Of a DNA stretch of 64,000 nt, positions 29,083 through 39,534 are shown one piece after another. The stretch's first letter is position 1; each line of letters starts with the position of its first letter. This stretch comes from Candidatus Daviesbacteria bacterium. Lineage in GTDB: Bacteria > Patescibacteriota > Microgenomatia > Daviesbacterales > UBA10151. Both the position numbers and the translations under genes were made by a program. The DNA lies in assembly GCA_030648435.1 (NCBI GenBank), contig JAUSHE010000014.1:4466-68465 (forward strand), written 5' to 3'. The notes beneath the pieces were generated by a model. The model worked only from the letters and a program-made list of their open reading frames with translations, did not search any database and was not told the origin of the DNA.

Positions 29083-30173
29083 TGAAAGTCGCAATTTATT
29101 CCCCATACCTAGATACTTTTGGTGGAGGAGAAAAATATATGATGACTATTGCTGAGGTGTTGTCATCGGATAATGAAGTAGAAATTTTATTGGATAAACA
29201 CCTTCTTGGTTTGGGAGCAGACTATTTAAAGCAGGAGTTATCACAAAGATTTGATCTAAATCTTAAAAAAACAAATTTTATAAAAAGTCCGCTGGGAGCA
29301 GGTTCGAATATCCTGGATAGAACCTTTTTTTTAAGAAAATATGATTTACTTTTCTATTTAACAGACGGAAGCATCTTTTATCCTACTGCCGGAAAAAACG
29401 TTTTACATATTCAATCTCCGTTAGTAGGGCAACCTGCAAAAAGTGTTTGGGGAAAACTTAAACTTAAAGGTTGGAATCTAATTATTTACAATTCAAACTT
29501 TACAAAAATTAATGCGGAGAGAAACTGGCCAACTAAATCAATGGTAATTTATCCCCCGGTTGATGTCGAGAAAATAAAACCTAAAAATAAGAAAAAATAC
29601 ATACTATCTGTAGGTAGATTTTTTGGTTATCTGAAAGATAAAAAGCAAGATATTCTAATCAAAACTTTTAGGGAACTTTATGAAGAAGGCAAAACCAATG
29701 AGTGGAGTTTACATTTGGCCGGAGCAGCTTCGGAGGGTGACCAGGCTTATCTTAAGGATTTAAAGAAATCAGCTCAAGGTTTGCCTATATTTTTTTATCC
29801 GAATATCAATCATGATAAATTAATTAGATTGTATGGTGAATCATCTATTTACTGGCATGCTTCGGGGTTTAAAGAGGATGATCCCGCGAAGATGGAACAT
29901 TTCGGTATATCTACAGTTGAAGCAATGGCGGCGGGATGTGTGCCAATTGTGATAAATAGAGGGGGACAGGCAGAAACTGTCCAAGACGGCAAAAACGGTT
30001 TATTATGGAATTCGCTGGAGGATATGAAAAAACTAACGGTTTCGTTAATTTCCGATCAACTTTTAATGAATAAATTATCAAAAGGCTGCAGACTTACAAG
30101 TCAAAGATTTTCCAAAGCTAAATTTGAAAAAGAAATTATCAAATTAGTGAAAATGGATAATGAATTTATTTAA
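29082..30173 (+). CDS. GT4 (GT-B fold) glycosyltransferase.
   Basis: EHFGISTVEAMAAGCVPIV matches the GT4 E-x7-E motif. 363 aa. Confidence 0.75.
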   Translation: MKVAIYSPYLDTFGGGEKYMMTIAEVLSSDNEVEILLDKHLLGLGADYLKQELSQRFDLNLKKTNFIKSPLGAGSNILDRTFFLRKYDLLFYLTDGSIFYPTAGKNVLHIQSPLVGQPAKSVWGKLKLKGWNLIIYNSNFTKINAERNWPTKSMVIYPPVDVEKIKPKNKKKYILSVGRFFGYLKDKKQDILIKTFRELYEEGKTNEWSLHLAGAASEGDQAYLKDLKKSAQGLPIFFYPNINHDKLIRLYGESSIYWHASGFKEDDPAKMEHFGISTVEAMAAGCVPIVINRGGQAETVQDGKNGLLWNSLEDMKKLTVSLISDQLLMNKLSKGCRLTSQRFSKAKFEKEIIKLVKMDNEFI

Positions 30174-31413
30174 AAAAAATATATTTTGGGTAATAAATAT
30201 AATTTTATTAAGCTCAATTTTTAGAGTTTTTTTACTTGATTTAGTTGAATTCAAATCTGATGAGGCAATAACTGTTTATCAGATGATTCAATTTTTCGAT
30301 AGCCCGCATTTGATTGAACGGGGTTTGATTTCAGGTACAGGTGTATATAATTTCCCATTATTTAGTTATTTAATGATTCCGCTTTCGTTATGGTCCCGCG
30401 ACCCTATGATTTTAAGCGGGGTAATAGCGGTAATTAATAGTTTACTAATAGGGGCATTCTTTTTATTCGTTAGAAGATACTACAATTTAATGACAGCTGT
30501 CTTTTCATCTCTTCTTTTAGCGTTTTCCCCATGGGGAGTAATTTTTTCCCGCAAAATTTGGGCCCAGGATCTAATTTTCTTACTTTTTATTCCTTTTTTA
30601 TGGTTGCTGCATGAGTTGATTTTGAAAAAGAATTCAAAAGTTATTTTTCCTTTGTTTATACTTCTTGCTTTATTGATACAGCTTCATGGATCAGGATTAT
30701 TTTTATTTGCGGTAACTATAATAATTTTTCTTATTATGCGGATAAGAACAAATCCCGGAAGAGCTATCTGTGGATTTTTTGTAGGTTTAATACCAATTGT
30801 TCCATATATTGTTTTTCAGCTTGGTTCTATACCTTCCTGCCCGGATTGTGAGGCTTTTATGAAGTACCAGCAATCCATCCGTTCAGTTGACTTTAATAAT
30901 CTGTTTCGTCCTTTCCAAATAATTAGCGGTTTAGGCTATCATTTTGTTTTAGGAAAAAATTATTCAGACTTTATTGCTATTTATCCGGTTATTAACCAAT
31001 TAAAATATATTTTTACTCTTGGTGGCCTAGGAATCTTGGCAGGATTATTTTTTGTTTTCTTTAAAAAACAAAAAAATATTTTTCTTGTGATTTATTTTAT
31101 TTCTATTCCACTTTTGTATTTTATTACAAAAACAAGTGCCTATATGCATTATTTTGTTATTATATTACCAATAAGTGTGCTTTTGTTTGCTATCTTTGTA
31201 ACTGAGACCTATTCTTTTGTTAAGAAGAGATTTCTAAAGGTTTTAACAATAGGAATTTTTCTAATATTTTTAGGTTCCAACATCTTATTCATTTATTTCT
31301 TTAATAGCTTTTTGTACAATAAAAAAGATATCGAAGGGGATTATGGACCAATATACTTCTTAACCCGGGATCGTATTGAAAAAGGCATGAAAAATGACTC
31401 AATACTTAAATAA
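30160..31413 (+). CDS. Polytopic membrane protein, GT-C candidate (DE motif).
   Basis: 417 aa with FKSDEAITVYQMIQ after the first TM and about 11 hydrophobic segments. Confidence 0.5.
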   Translation: MNLFKKNIFWVINIILLSSIFRVFLLDLVEFKSDEAITVYQMIQFFDSPHLIERGLISGTGVYNFPLFSYLMIPLSLWSRDPMILSGVIAVINSLLIGAFFLFVRRYYNLMTAVFSSLLLAFSPWGVIFSRKIWAQDLIFLLFIPFLWLLHELILKKNSKVIFPLFILLALLIQLHGSGLFLFAVTIIIFLIMRIRTNPGRAICGFFVGLIPIVPYIVFQLGSIPSCPDCEAFMKYQQSIRSVDFNNLFRPFQIISGLGYHFVLGKNYSDFIAIYPVINQLKYIFTLGGLGILAGLFFVFFKKQKNIFLVIYFISIPLLYFITKTSAYMHYFVIILPISVLLFAIFVTETYSFVKKRFLKVLTIGIFLIFLGSNILFIYFFNSFLYNKKDIEGDYGPIYFLTRDRIEKGMKNDSILK

Positions 31414-32878
31414 ACTAAAAAAAATTACTGGACGGAGATCATTTCATGTGTTGATTTTCTTTTTGGTTTTAATTTTTACTTTCATTTTACGGACGCACAA
31501 TTTCGACCGTTTCCCCGTAATGGGTCATTTGGAAGAACAAATGTTTGCCTGGGCAGGAATTCATCTTATTGAGAGGGGCATACCTAGAGCATGGACTTCC
31601 TTAGATTTTCCGGAGAGGGCAGTTGTTTATAAAGGCGCGGTTTCTTACAACGGAGGGGATCCTGTTGTGCATGTTAAGTTAGTCGAACCGTGGCTTGAGC
31701 ATCCGCCGCTTTTTTCTCTTTTGGTAGGGGAGTTTGCTCATCTATATAAAGCTAACAGGGACGATGTTGTTCCCACTTCTTTTATAAGAACTCCTTTAAT
31801 GATTGCTGCGCTATTAGTTTCTATAATGATCTTTCTTGTTGCCAGACTAATATCAGGTTATTGGAGCGGCATTTTAGCGATGCTTATTTATGGCGTAACG
31901 CCTATTTTGGTTCTTGGTTCGAGACTGGCTGTTCCGGAAAATATAATAGCACTTCTTTATATTGCGGTTATTTATTTACTTATCAAATTTCAGCTTCATC
32001 AAAAATTTAGGTTTTTACTCACAATTCCTTTATTGGTGGGCATAGCAGGACTTTCTAAAGCTACCGGTTTTTTCATTATATTTCTGGCAATTTATACTGT
32101 TTTGATAAAGCAGAAATATAAATACGCCCTTTACCTTTTTGCGGCAATATTGCCCTTTATTGCCCTGTTTTTTGCTTACGGTCTTTATTTTGATCCGGAG
32201 ATTTTTTGGCGAATTAATGCTATTCAGTCATCCCGTCCGGTAGGTTTTGCGTCTTTGGGTTGGTTTTTTGTTTCGCCTGCTTTTGATATTAATGAATTGC
32301 TAGACGGTTGGTTTATCTTTTTACTTCTTTCGGCAGCATTTTTCCTTTTTTCTCCTCTTTCGGGTCTAAAAAGATTTATAAGTTTGGCTTTTGTTTTTTG
32401 GATAGCCGTAGTAATGTTTTCAGGAGGGGAGGCAGACTTGCTTCCCTGGTACAGGTATCCTGCGTATCCGTTACTTGCGATCTTAGGAGCCTGGGGTTTG
32501 CAAGTTTTAGTTAAACGTGCTGATCTTTTTGCCACATTTCTCATAGCGGGTTTGTTTCTGGGAGGCAGAACGCTGTTGGTTAACGCTTTCCGTCCCAATG
32601 TATCTCCGATGAATTTCAGGATTATTTTTTCTTTACTTATGTTGCCGTCTCTTTTAAATTCGATTTTTACCCGATCTTATTTGGAAAAAATAAATAAACT
32701 GTTTCTAATACTGATTATTGCAGTCGGCATGTATTTCAATATTATCTATATATATAACGTTTTTGAATTAAAGTGCGAAAGTAAGACTTGCGCTTTTGGG
32801 CCTACAACGAAGCTATCCACCGTTAATTTTCCGTTTTTCTGGCGTTGGTTTGTTTTGGGTGAGCCCACATTAAAGTAA
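31394..32878 (+). CDS. Polytopic membrane protein, GT-C candidate.
   Basis: 494 aa with an acidic loop GHLEEQMFAWAGIHLIERG after the first TM and many TM segments. Confidence 0.45.
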   Translation: MTQYLNKLKKITGRRSFHVLIFFLVLIFTFILRTHNFDRFPVMGHLEEQMFAWAGIHLIERGIPRAWTSLDFPERAVVYKGAVSYNGGDPVVHVKLVEPWLEHPPLFSLLVGEFAHLYKANRDDVVPTSFIRTPLMIAALLVSIMIFLVARLISGYWSGILAMLIYGVTPILVLGSRLAVPENIIALLYIAVIYLLIKFQLHQKFRFLLTIPLLVGIAGLSKATGFFIIFLAIYTVLIKQKYKYALYLFAAILPFIALFFAYGLYFDPEIFWRINAIQSSRPVGFASLGWFFVSPAFDINELLDGWFIFLLLSAAFFLFSPLSGLKRFISLAFVFWIAVVMFSGGEADLLPWYRYPAYPLLAILGAWGLQVLVKRADLFATFLIAGLFLGGRTLLVNAFRPNVSPMNFRIIFSLLMLPSLLNSIFTRSYLEKINKLFLILIIAVGMYFNIIYIYNVFELKCESKTCAFGPTTKLSTVNFPFFWRWFVLGEPTLK

Positions 32879-32881
32879 AAA

Positions 32882-34495
32882 ATGTATAAAAAAGTAAATA
32901 TCTTTTCGTTTTGTTTAATTCTGCTGGTAGCTTTCTTTTTAAGATTCTATCAGATTAATAATATCCCGCCGTCTTTAAACTGGGATGAAGTGTCAATTGG
33001 CTATAATGCTTATTCAATATTGAAGACCGGTAGAGATGAGTGGGGACAATTTTTGCCTTTAAGTTTCAGGGCTTTTGGGGATTATAAATTACCGCTTTAT
33101 ATTTATCTTGATGCGCCGTTTGTGGCGCTTTTGGGTCTGACTGAAGCGGCAGTCAGGTTGCCTTCGGTACTTTCAGGAATGGGAGTTGTTGTTCTTGTTT
33201 TTCTGATACTAAAAGAATTAACTAAAAGTTTTTACCTTTCTCTTTGGGGAATGTTTATCAGTGCTACTTTGCCATGGCTGGTGGTCTTTTCCCGTATCGC
33301 ACTTGAGGCAAATCTGGCTTTGTTTTTAACCACAGCATCGTTCTATCTATTATTGCTTGCACGCAGAAAAAAAATATTACTGTTTTTTTCTGCAGTTTTG
33401 TTGGGATTATCAATTTTTTCTTATAACAGCAGTAGGGTATTAGTTATTCTGTTTTTGTTGCTTGGTATTGTATTTTACAGAAACTTTAAAAAGAAAGAAA
33501 TACTTTTACCGTTAGTTATTATAATAATATTTATTCTGATTGCCTTTTTTCAGGCGGTTACGGTAGATTCGGGAGCAAGATATAAATGGACAACTATTTT
33601 GGATGAAGGGGCGATCACAAGAATCAATCAGCTCCGTGGACTCTCCGGTTTGCCGTCGCTCCTTAATCAGTTGATTCATAATAAAGCGACATATTTTATA
33701 ACAGAGGCCTCAAAAAATTATATCTATCATTTTGATCCGTACTTTTTGTTTATAAACGGAGGGTCGAATTTTCAATTTTCTATTCCCGGTTCAGGTCAGA
33801 TTTATTTAAGTTTGTTGCCTTTGATTGTATTGGGAATATGGAAGATGATGTGTGAGCGAAAAGGATGGCAGTTGTTTATACTTGGGTGGCTTCTTATTTC
33901 GCCAATCCCAGGGGCTATTACAAGGGACGCACCTCATTCTTTAAGGGCAATTTTTATGACCGTGCCGTTAGTTTTAATTGCAGTTATGGGAATAAAACGG
34001 ATTCAGGATTCTATATCCGGCAAAATTTTTATTTTGTTAACTATTTTAATGGTGCTGTTATTATCGATTAGTGCTTTTGTTTTCTGGCAAAACTATGGTA
34101 ATGATTATCAGAAAAATTATTCATGGTCATGGCAGTACGGATATAAACAGGTTATGGAATTTGTTCATACCAATGGGAATAATTACGATAGGATTATTTT
34201 TACAAAAAGATATGGTGAACCACACGAATTCCTGCTTTTCTATTTACAATATGATCCCTTAAAGTATCAAACTAATGAAACCTTAATAAGATATGAGCGG
34301 TCGGATTGGTTTTGGGTAGACAGGTTTGATAAGTTTGAATTTATTAATGATTGGGAGATTAAAGATAAGGTTTTAGGCGCAAATAATACTCTCTTAATCA
34401 CCAGTCCGGGTAATTATCCAATAGGATCTCAGGTTTTAGAAACAATCAAATTTTTGGACGGGAAAGCCGCCTTTGACATAGCAGCAGTGAACTAG
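32882..34495 (+). CDS. PMT_2-family GT-C glycosyltransferase (tandem paralog A).
   Basis: NWDEVSIGYNAYSILKTGRDEWGQFLPLSF. 537 aa. Confidence 0.7.
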   Translation: MYKKVNIFSFCLILLVAFFLRFYQINNIPPSLNWDEVSIGYNAYSILKTGRDEWGQFLPLSFRAFGDYKLPLYIYLDAPFVALLGLTEAAVRLPSVLSGMGVVVLVFLILKELTKSFYLSLWGMFISATLPWLVVFSRIALEANLALFLTTASFYLLLLARRKKILLFFSAVLLGLSIFSYNSSRVLVILFLLLGIVFYRNFKKKEILLPLVIIIIFILIAFFQAVTVDSGARYKWTTILDEGAITRINQLRGLSGLPSLLNQLIHNKATYFITEASKNYIYHFDPYFLFINGGSNFQFSIPGSGQIYLSLLPLIVLGIWKMMCERKGWQLFILGWLLISPIPGAITRDAPHSLRAIFMTVPLVLIAVMGIKRIQDSISGKIFILLTILMVLLLSISAFVFWQNYGNDYQKNYSWSWQYGYKQVMEFVHTNGNNYDRIIFTKRYGEPHEFLLFYLQYDPLKYQTNETLIRYERSDWFWVDRFDKFEFINDWEIKDKVLGANNTLLITSPGNYPIGSQVLETIKFLDGKAAFDIAAVN

Positions 34496-34513
34496 CTAAA
34501 GTATAATTAAAGT

Positions 34514-36121
34514 ATGAGGATTTTAGTAGGGATTTTTATATTAGGTTTCATTTTAAGAGTTATTCTATTGGATGTTGCACCTCCCGGGTTTAATGCCGAT
34601 GAGGCGGCATTGGGTTATAATGCATATTCTTTACTTCAGACCGGTAAAGATGAATGGGGAGCCAGTTTCCCGCTTGTTTTTAGGTCTTTTTCCGATTATA
34701 AACCAGGACTTTATGTTTATCTGGCGCTTCCTTTTGTTGCAGTACTTGGACTTTCAGAATTCGCAGTTAGATTGCCATCTATTTTGCTGGGAACTTTTTC
34801 GATAGTTCTTATTTATTTTCTTGCACAAGAGCTGTTCAAAAAAGAAACTGTGGCACTAGCTTGCGCCTTTCTTTTGGCTATTTCTCCCTGGCACATACAT
34901 TTTTCAAGAGGTGCCTGGGAAGCTAATGTAGCTACGTTTTTTATTCTTTTAGGAGTTTACTCTTTTATTAAATTTTTTAGGGATAAACGCTTTTTATGGG
35001 TCTCTGTAATATCCTTTATTGCTTCAATGTATGCTTATCAAGGCCCAAGGATTGTAGTGCCTGTATTAGTTCTGTTACTTGTGATTTTCTATTTTAGAAG
35101 ATTAAGTTTAAAGAAAAATATTTCGGTAATAGTATTTGCCGTTATTTTATTATTGCCAATGTTTTTTATTTTAATTAGCTCGGCTGGTTTAGCAAGATTT
35201 CAAGGCGTATCAATATTTTCTGATAAGGGTCCGTTAAACCGCATCAACGAGGAAAGGGGCGAACATTCAGATGGATCAGTTTTAAGTAGAATCTTTCATA
35301 ATAAAGTAGAGGCTTATACAAGTGACTTTTTAAATCATTATCTTGATCATTTTGATCCTAATTTTCTTTTTACTGCAGGTGATCCACTCAAAAGAAATGG
35401 AATTCCTGATATTGGGCAGATGTATTTCTTCGAAATAGTTACATTTCTTGCCGGATTATATTTTTTGCTGAAGAATAGATTTGAAAATACAAAAATAATC
35501 CTTCTTTGGTTGATGGTAGCTCCTTTAGCTTCCTCTTTGACTTTTCAAACGCCACATGCCATAAGGGCACATAATATGGTTATTCCGCTGACCTTAATTT
35601 CTGGTTTGGGGCTCGGTATGTTATGGGAGAGCGTATTTAAACTGCGCTGGTATATAAGAAATCTGTTATTAGGTACAGTAGTTTTAACCGTATGTATTTC
35701 TTTGGCAGTTTTTTTAGACAGATATTTCGTACATTCCCCAAAGAAATATGCGCTTGAGTGGGAATATGGTTTTTCGCAAGCGATTGCATACATTGCTCAG
35801 AATAATGATAAATATCAGAAAATTGTTATGACAGATAGGTATGATCAACCGTATATACTATTCCTTTTTTATTCTAAGTACGATCCGGCTCAATATCAAA
35901 AAGAATATAAAGCAATAGGAGATAATAAGTTTGGTTTTTCAACGATTAATTCATTTAATAAATATGAATTTAGACCAATAGGGAAAGAAGAGATTGGAAA
36001 CCATAAAAATACGTTATTTATCGGAACAGAAGAAGAGATTGGTGAAAAAGGAGATTTATTAAAAATAATTAATTTTCCGAACGACAAACCAGTATTCAAG
36101 ATAGTAGGCACTCAGAGATGA
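34514..36121 (+). CDS. PMT_2-family GT-C glycosyltransferase (tandem paralog B).
   Basis: FNADEAALGYNAYSLLQTGKDEWGASFPLVF. 535 aa. Confidence 0.7.
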   Translation: MRILVGIFILGFILRVILLDVAPPGFNADEAALGYNAYSLLQTGKDEWGASFPLVFRSFSDYKPGLYVYLALPFVAVLGLSEFAVRLPSILLGTFSIVLIYFLAQELFKKETVALACAFLLAISPWHIHFSRGAWEANVATFFILLGVYSFIKFFRDKRFLWVSVISFIASMYAYQGPRIVVPVLVLLLVIFYFRRLSLKKNISVIVFAVILLLPMFFILISSAGLARFQGVSIFSDKGPLNRINEERGEHSDGSVLSRIFHNKVEAYTSDFLNHYLDHFDPNFLFTAGDPLKRNGIPDIGQMYFFEIVTFLAGLYFLLKNRFENTKIILLWLMVAPLASSLTFQTPHAIRAHNMVIPLTLISGLGLGMLWESVFKLRWYIRNLLLGTVVLTVCISLAVFLDRYFVHSPKKYALEWEYGFSQAIAYIAQNNDKYQKIVMTDRYDQPYILFLFYSKYDPAQYQKEYKAIGDNKFGFSTINSFNKYEFRPIGKEEIGNHKNTLFIGTEEEIGEKGDLLKIINFPNDKPVFKIVGTQR

Positions 36122-37710
36122 CTCCGAGAATAAAGATAGTTTTGCTGATAATAATTGTTCTCTCGGCATTTTTGAGGTTGTATAAGCTAAATTCTATACC
36201 ATCAGCGCTAAATTGGGATGAAGCGGCAGCAGGTTATAATGCATATACGATTGCTAATTGGGGAAGAGATGAGGGTGGAAATGTTTTACCTCTTGTTTTC
36301 ACTTCTTTTTATGACGATAAACATCCTGTTCATATCTATATAACTGCTATTTTTGTTAAGCTTTTTGGATTGTCGGATTTTACTGTCAGATTACCTAGCG
36401 CTGTAATTGGCATATTTAGTGTTTTGGTAATTTTTTATTTGGCACGGATTCTTTTCAAAAATAATCTGATAGCATTATTATCTGCTTTGTTTTTAGCTGT
36501 TTCCCCGTATCATATACAATTTTCAAGGGGGCTTTGGGAAGTCAATTTCGCCCTTTTTTTCTTCTTACTGGGCCTATTATTTTTTTTCTTAGCCTTACAG
36601 AATAAAAGAAAACTTTTGAGCTTAGCTTTTTTAAGTTTTGGATTCAGTATTTTTTCTTACCACTCATCAAAGATTGTGGTTCCGATTGTTGTTTTATTGC
36701 TGATCCTGTTATATTTTAAGGATTTAAGAAAACTTTCTTGGAATTTTTATAGCGGGTTATTAATTTTTTTTGTATTTATTACACTACTTTTTATTGATAC
36801 CAGACTTCTCGGAACGGCGAGAGCTAAACAAACTCAATTCTCCAGGGATATTATTGAGAAAACTCAAATCTTTCAAAAAACAAATAATTCTTTCCTTGGT
36901 GTAGGAGAAATTATCCTTAAACAGTATATAACTCATTTTACTCCGCAATATCTTTTTATTTCCGGCGATCAGAGCCCCAGAACTTCTATCAAAGTTATCG
37001 GAGAATTCTATAAAATTGATGCATTTTTTATTCTGGTTGGACTATTTTTTCTGTTGAAAATGAGGTCTAAGGCATCTATGATCATCCTTGCTTGGTTGAT
37101 ATTGGCTCCGATACCTGCCAGTCTGGTTAAAGGCGCTCCCAGCGCCAATAGGGCGGTTTTTATGATGGGGAATTTGCATCTTTTGTCGGCCATAGGTGCA
37201 GCTTCCATCGTCGGATTATTTAAACAAAGATTAAGGATATATATTTTAATAATTATTCTCTTCGTCGTAAGTTTGCAGGTTTATTCCTATACTAATTACT
37301 ATTTTAATGTTTATCCTTTGAAAGATCCTCATGAATGGCAATATGGAATGAAACAAGTAGTGGAATTTGTAAAATTGCATCCGGAGTATAATCAAGTTTA
37401 TATCACAGATATCCGATCGCAACCGTATATCTTTTTCCTGTTGTATCTAAAAACTCCATTACCTGAGTTCCTGAATACTGTGGTCTATAATCGTGGTGAA
37501 ATCAAAAAAACTAGTGTAGTTGCCTATTTTGATAAATATTATTTCGGAGGATGGGATCCGATTGAAAGTATGCCTACGCCTGGAGTATTATATGTTTTGA
37601 GCCCAAGTCAATATGATGGTTTAAAACACAGATCTGATTTTGATGTAAAAAAAATTATTCATTTTCCCGATGGGGGAGATGATTTTTTTCTAGTCAGCGC
37701 AGAATTATGA
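36118..37710 (+). CDS. PMT_2-family GT-C glycosyltransferase (tandem paralog C).
   Basis: NWDEAAAGYNAYTIANWGRDEGGNVLPLVF. 530 aa. ATGA overlap with paralog B. Confidence 0.7.
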   Translation: MTPRIKIVLLIIIVLSAFLRLYKLNSIPSALNWDEAAAGYNAYTIANWGRDEGGNVLPLVFTSFYDDKHPVHIYITAIFVKLFGLSDFTVRLPSAVIGIFSVLVIFYLARILFKNNLIALLSALFLAVSPYHIQFSRGLWEVNFALFFFLLGLLFFFLALQNKRKLLSLAFLSFGFSIFSYHSSKIVVPIVVLLLILLYFKDLRKLSWNFYSGLLIFFVFITLLFIDTRLLGTARAKQTQFSRDIIEKTQIFQKTNNSFLGVGEIILKQYITHFTPQYLFISGDQSPRTSIKVIGEFYKIDAFFILVGLFFLLKMRSKASMIILAWLILAPIPASLVKGAPSANRAVFMMGNLHLLSAIGAASIVGLFKQRLRIYILIIILFVVSLQVYSYTNYYFNVYPLKDPHEWQYGMKQVVEFVKLHPEYNQVYITDIRSQPYIFFLLYLKTPLPEFLNTVVYNRGEIKKTSVVAYFDKYYFGGWDPIESMPTPGVLYVLSPSQYDGLKHRSDFDVKKIIHFPDGGDDFFLVSAEL

Positions 37711-38477
37711 AAAAAATATCTGTAGTGTTAGCGGTTTATAACGAAGAAGATAACTTAAGAAATTGTCTTGAGTCAATAAAGGATTTTGCGTGGGAGATAG
37801 TAATTGTGGATGGTGGGTCAAAAGATAAGACTCTGGATATAGCGAAAGAATTTGGCGCTAAAATTATCCAAACAAATAATCCGCCAGTTTTCCATATTAA
37901 TAAAAATAAAGCAATAGATGCAAGCCACGGAGATTGGATATTACAGCTTGATGCTGACGAAGTAGTGACAGAAGATTTAGCAGAAGAAATTGAACGGGTA
38001 ACCAGTTCTAAATCAGATATTAATGGATACTGGATTCCCCGTAAGAATTTCTTCTTAGGAAGGTATTTAACAAAAGGCGGGCAGTATCCGGATTATACTC
38101 TAAGGCTTTACAGGCAGGGAAGTGGCCGACTGCCGGCAAAGGATGTTCATGAACAGGCGGAGGTTTCAGGGAAAGTAGGTTATTTAAGAAATGATTTGCT
38201 CCACGAAAGAGACAAAGTTTTTTCAGAGTATCTAAAGCGATTTAACCGTTATACTGATCTGCTGGCTTCTCAATTAAAGGAAAAGGGTGTGAATGTTAAT
38301 AGAATTTCATTCTTTAGTTATATTTTTGTTAAACCGCTTTTTTGGTTTTTTAAAGTTTTTGTAAGACACAAAGGGTTTATGGACGGATTTCCCGGATTTG
38401 TTTTTGCATTCTTTTCCTCTCTGCGGTTTCCTGTATCTTATTTAAAACTATGGAGAAAATATGAAAATCGCAATTAA
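37707..38477 (+). CDS. GT2 glycosyltransferase (WaaE/KdtX-like subgroup).
   Basis: ISVVLAVYNEEDNL, WEIVIVDGGSKDKT and LDADE motifs. Paralog of the ORFs at 27395 and 28279. Confidence 0.75.
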   Translation: MKKISVVLAVYNEEDNLRNCLESIKDFAWEIVIVDGGSKDKTLDIAKEFGAKIIQTNNPPVFHINKNKAIDASHGDWILQLDADEVVTEDLAEEIERVTSSKSDINGYWIPRKNFFLGRYLTKGGQYPDYTLRLYRQGSGRLPAKDVHEQAEVSGKVGYLRNDLLHERDKVFSEYLKRFNRYTDLLASQLKEKGVNVNRISFFSYIFVKPLFWFFKVFVRHKGFMDGFPGFVFAFFSSLRFPVSYLKLWRKYENRN

Positions 38478-39528
38478 TATACATCCATTAAAAAGTGGTC
38501 ACAGAGATAGGGGTATTGGTAAATATACCGTTAATTTGATTGAGAATATGAAGCGATATGTTGATATGGAAATTCAGGAATTCACTGATCTTTCTGAACT
38601 GAAGGATGTAGATATAGTACATTATCCATGGTTCGATTTTTTCGCACATACCCTACCAATTAAAAAACAATTTAAAACTGTTGTTACAATTCACGATGTA
38701 ATTCCATTACTTTATCCCGAAAGGTATCCGGTTGGACTATTCGGAAGATTTAATTTTCTGCTCCAAAGGCTGGCATTAAGAAATTGTTTTATTATCACTG
38801 ATTCCGAAATTTCAAGAATTGATATAAACAGATATTTACATGTTATTGAAGAAAAAATTCAAGTAGTACATTTAGCTGCAAATAAAGATTTTAAGCCTCT
38901 GAATGACACTAAGCTTTTATTTACCAAAAGGAAATATAATTTACCCAGTAGTTTTATACTATATGTGGGAGATGCAAACTGGACAAAAAATTTACCATTT
39001 CTGATTGAAGGTTTTAAAAAGTTAATTGGGATTGCTGATTTTAAAGATACAAAGCTAGTATTTGTTGGCGGTGTTTTTTTAAAAAATGTTGAAAACATAG
39101 ACCATCCGGAACTTGAAAGCTTAAAAAGGGTTAATAAATTGATTAAGGACATGAACCTGGAGCAAAATATTATGAGGATTGGCAATTTAAGCGTAGAAGA
39201 CTTAGTGGCTTTTTATAATTTAGCTACAGTATATGTTCAGCCTTCCTTATATGAGGGGTTTGGATTGCCAATTATAGAAGCTTTTGCTTGCGGTACGCCT
39301 GTGATTTCATCTAATAAAGGAAGCCTAAAGGAAGTAGGACGAGATGCCGCTGTGTATTTTGATCCGACTAACCTCGATCAATTCGTATCAATCCTAAGAG
39401 AAGTTTTACAGGATAAATCTCAACAGAATAAATTATCCAAATTAGGATTTGAACAAGCTAAGAAATATTCTTGGGAAAAAGTTGCGAAAGAAACAGCCGA
39501 TGTATATCAGTATATCGTAGAACATTAG
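38461..39528 (+). CDS. GT4 (GT-B fold) glycosyltransferase.
   Basis: EGFGLPIIEAFACGTPVISS motif. 355 aa. Confidence 0.75.
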   Translation: MKIAINIHPLKSGHRDRGIGKYTVNLIENMKRYVDMEIQEFTDLSELKDVDIVHYPWFDFFAHTLPIKKQFKTVVTIHDVIPLLYPERYPVGLFGRFNFLLQRLALRNCFIITDSEISRIDINRYLHVIEEKIQVVHLAANKDFKPLNDTKLLFTKRKYNLPSSFILYVGDANWTKNLPFLIEGFKKLIGIADFKDTKLVFVGGVFLKNVENIDHPELESLKRVNKLIKDMNLEQNIMRIGNLSVEDLVAFYNLATVYVQPSLYEGFGLPIIEAFACGTPVISSNKGSLKEVGRDAAVYFDPTNLDQFVSILREVLQDKSQQNKLSKLGFEQAKKYSWEKVAKETADVYQYIVEH

Positions 39529-39534
39529 AATAAT

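Noticed and set aside
32882-37710. Tandem paralogs (PMT_2 triplet; CRWVPD quartet at 11417-18822; GT2 trio at 27395, 28279 and 37707), considered as DNA-level repeats or recent duplications.
   Set aside because: By eye, nucleotide similarity between the copies is limited to short motif-encoding stretches. These are anciently diverged paralogs, not repeat elements, so they are annotated as separate CDSs.
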